Assembly: GCA_951812955.1 (NCBI GenBank)
Contig: OX638340.1
Span: 992,001 to 1,056,000 of the forward strand
Direction: 5' to 3'
Source: an uncultured Gemmatimonadota bacterium
GTDB taxonomy: Bacteria; JAAXHH01
DNA: 64,000 bases
In this document: in pieces, positions 63,209-64,000 of the stretch
Layout of the letters: every line of letters starts with the position of its first letter
How positions within the stretch are numbered: position 1 is the first letter of the stretch
The notes under the pieces: model-generated
The model's input: only the letters and a program-made list of their open reading frames with translations
The model's database searches: none
Told to the model about the DNA's origin: nothing
Program-made: the position numbers and the translations under genes

Positions 63209-64000
63209 CTAAAGAGGTTTACGAGCCAGGAAACAGTACAGCGGCGTGAAGATACCCGACCTGCCGCCCTCGACATAAGCGTCAGCAGTTCGATCCAGGA
63301 GTCGGACCACTTCCGAATACCCCTTCGGAATCAGACTTAGCGCTTCGGCCATCTTCGATCCTGCGATCACGGCCTTGCGACCCCAAGGGAGCCTGTTCAG
63401 TGCGTTCCCCAAAGTCCCATGCCGACTCTCCATTGGCCGATACCAAGGCGTGGAGGGTTCATTCCGGACGTCTCGGTCCATCCCTTCGATGACGTGGAAT
63501 CCCGCCGCTTCAAGCCCGTGATTCACTTCCCTGAACGTCGCAATGTCGTTCAGCGCAATGCCGCGCATGAGGTCCTGCTCAATGGCCCGGTGCCGGTTGT
63601 CTTTCGGATCGAATTTCTCGGTCAGACACATTTCCTGACCCCAAAACAGGGCTCCTGGTTTGAGTACGCGGAAGATCTCCGCGAAAGCGCGTTCCTTGTC
63701 TGGCGCGTGGCACGTTGACTCGATGGCATAGGCTCGGTCAAACGTCTCGTCCTCAATGCCGCCCATATCCATGAAGCTACACGTCTCGTAATCGACCATG
63801 TGGCCGAGTCCCGCTTCAGCGTTCAACCGCTTTGCCTTATCCAATTGGAGTTCGTTGATGTTGATTCCGACAACCCGGACGCCGGCCTCCCGGACGACGC
63901 GACGCATCGGACCGCCGATTCCACAACCAACGTCGGCCACCGTCATACCCTGCTCCAACTCCAGCTTCGAGATCATCAACCGCTGATGCCGGATTATGGA
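63209..64000 (-). CDS. Sterol C-24 methyltransferase (ERG6/SMT1 family). It is truncated at the window edge: the reading frame is open past 64000 and ~100 N-terminal residues are missing.
   Basis: Collinear alignment with yeast Erg6 recalled from memory. Ours : Erg6 pairs are [15 protein letters not shown] : [41 protein letters not shown] : [34 protein letters not shown] : IYKVLKPGG, TPWYRPM : IPWYYPL and [17 protein letters not shown] : GKSKLFTPMMLFVARKP. The YAIE(A/S)TCHAP block is SMT-specific. Confidence 0.8.
   Translation of the reverse strand, partial: [263 protein letters not shown]

Noticed and set aside
1-64000. Looked for tRNA, rRNA, tmRNA, RNase P, SRP RNA, riboswitches, transposases, integrases, toxin-antitoxin pairs and phage-defence genes
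   Set aside because: I saw no cloverleaf-like or signature sequences for these RNAs (GGGGCUGAUUCUGGAUUCGACGGG for tmRNA, AGGAAAGUCCGGGCUCC for RNase P) in the gaps. Every gap larger than 150 bp was read. No protein has DDE, tyrosine-recombinase or known defence-system motifs. The region looks like stable chromosome rather than a mobile island.

Overview
This is a GC-rich (~64-65%) bacterial chromosomal segment with dense coding, from a diderm organism: it carries BamA, LolD/LolE and an OmpW-like barrel. I saw no rRNA or tRNA genes, transposases, integrases or CRISPR arrays.

The left third (1-9.7 kb) is one long co-directional minus-strand string of housekeeping genes: prfB, lysS, lolE, lolD, mcsA, mcsB, clpC, then the start of bamA. 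The prfB gene contains a programmed +1 frameshift site (CUU UGA C preceded by an SD-like GGAGGGG). There is no ctsR upstream of the clpC/mcsAB genes. The lysS gene ends in a tandemly duplicated acidic tail.

The middle of the window is a mosaic of metabolic and envelope genes:
- NfeD and a stomatin-family protein, RadC, an MlrC (M81) peptidase, an SDR, two mandelate-racemase/muconate-lactonizing-enzyme (MR/MLE) family proteins and an Old Yellow Enzyme.
- A neutral-ceramidase-like hydrolase and a secreted glycoside hydrolase.
- pyrH, pncB, fabV, a PHP-family phosphatase, trmB, bcp and bioY.

Three co-directional gene sets stand out:
- 33.8-41.1 kb: a family-5 peptide-binding protein, two phytanoyl-CoA dioxygenase (PhyH) family enzymes, a 902-aa M14 carboxypeptidase and an Ldh_2 dehydrogenase.
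- 49.8-59.4 kb: a transglutaminase-like protein, an NAD-dependent epimerase/dehydratase family protein, a DapA-family protein, an MR/MLE enzyme, a Gfo/Idh/MocA oxidoreductase and a hydantoinase A/B pair.
- 59.5-64 kb: an amine-oxidase-like FAD oxidoreductase, a KshA-type Rieske oxygenase, a TPR protein and a gene truncated by the window edge that aligns collinearly with ERG6-type sterol C-24 methyltransferase. I think this last set is the most interesting part of the window: a candidate bacterial sterol-tailoring locus.

Intergenic regions are short, but several carry GC-rich ~36-bp tandem minisatellites. Others carry strictly periodic short direct-repeat arrays next to promoter-like elements, which look like regulator-binding sites.
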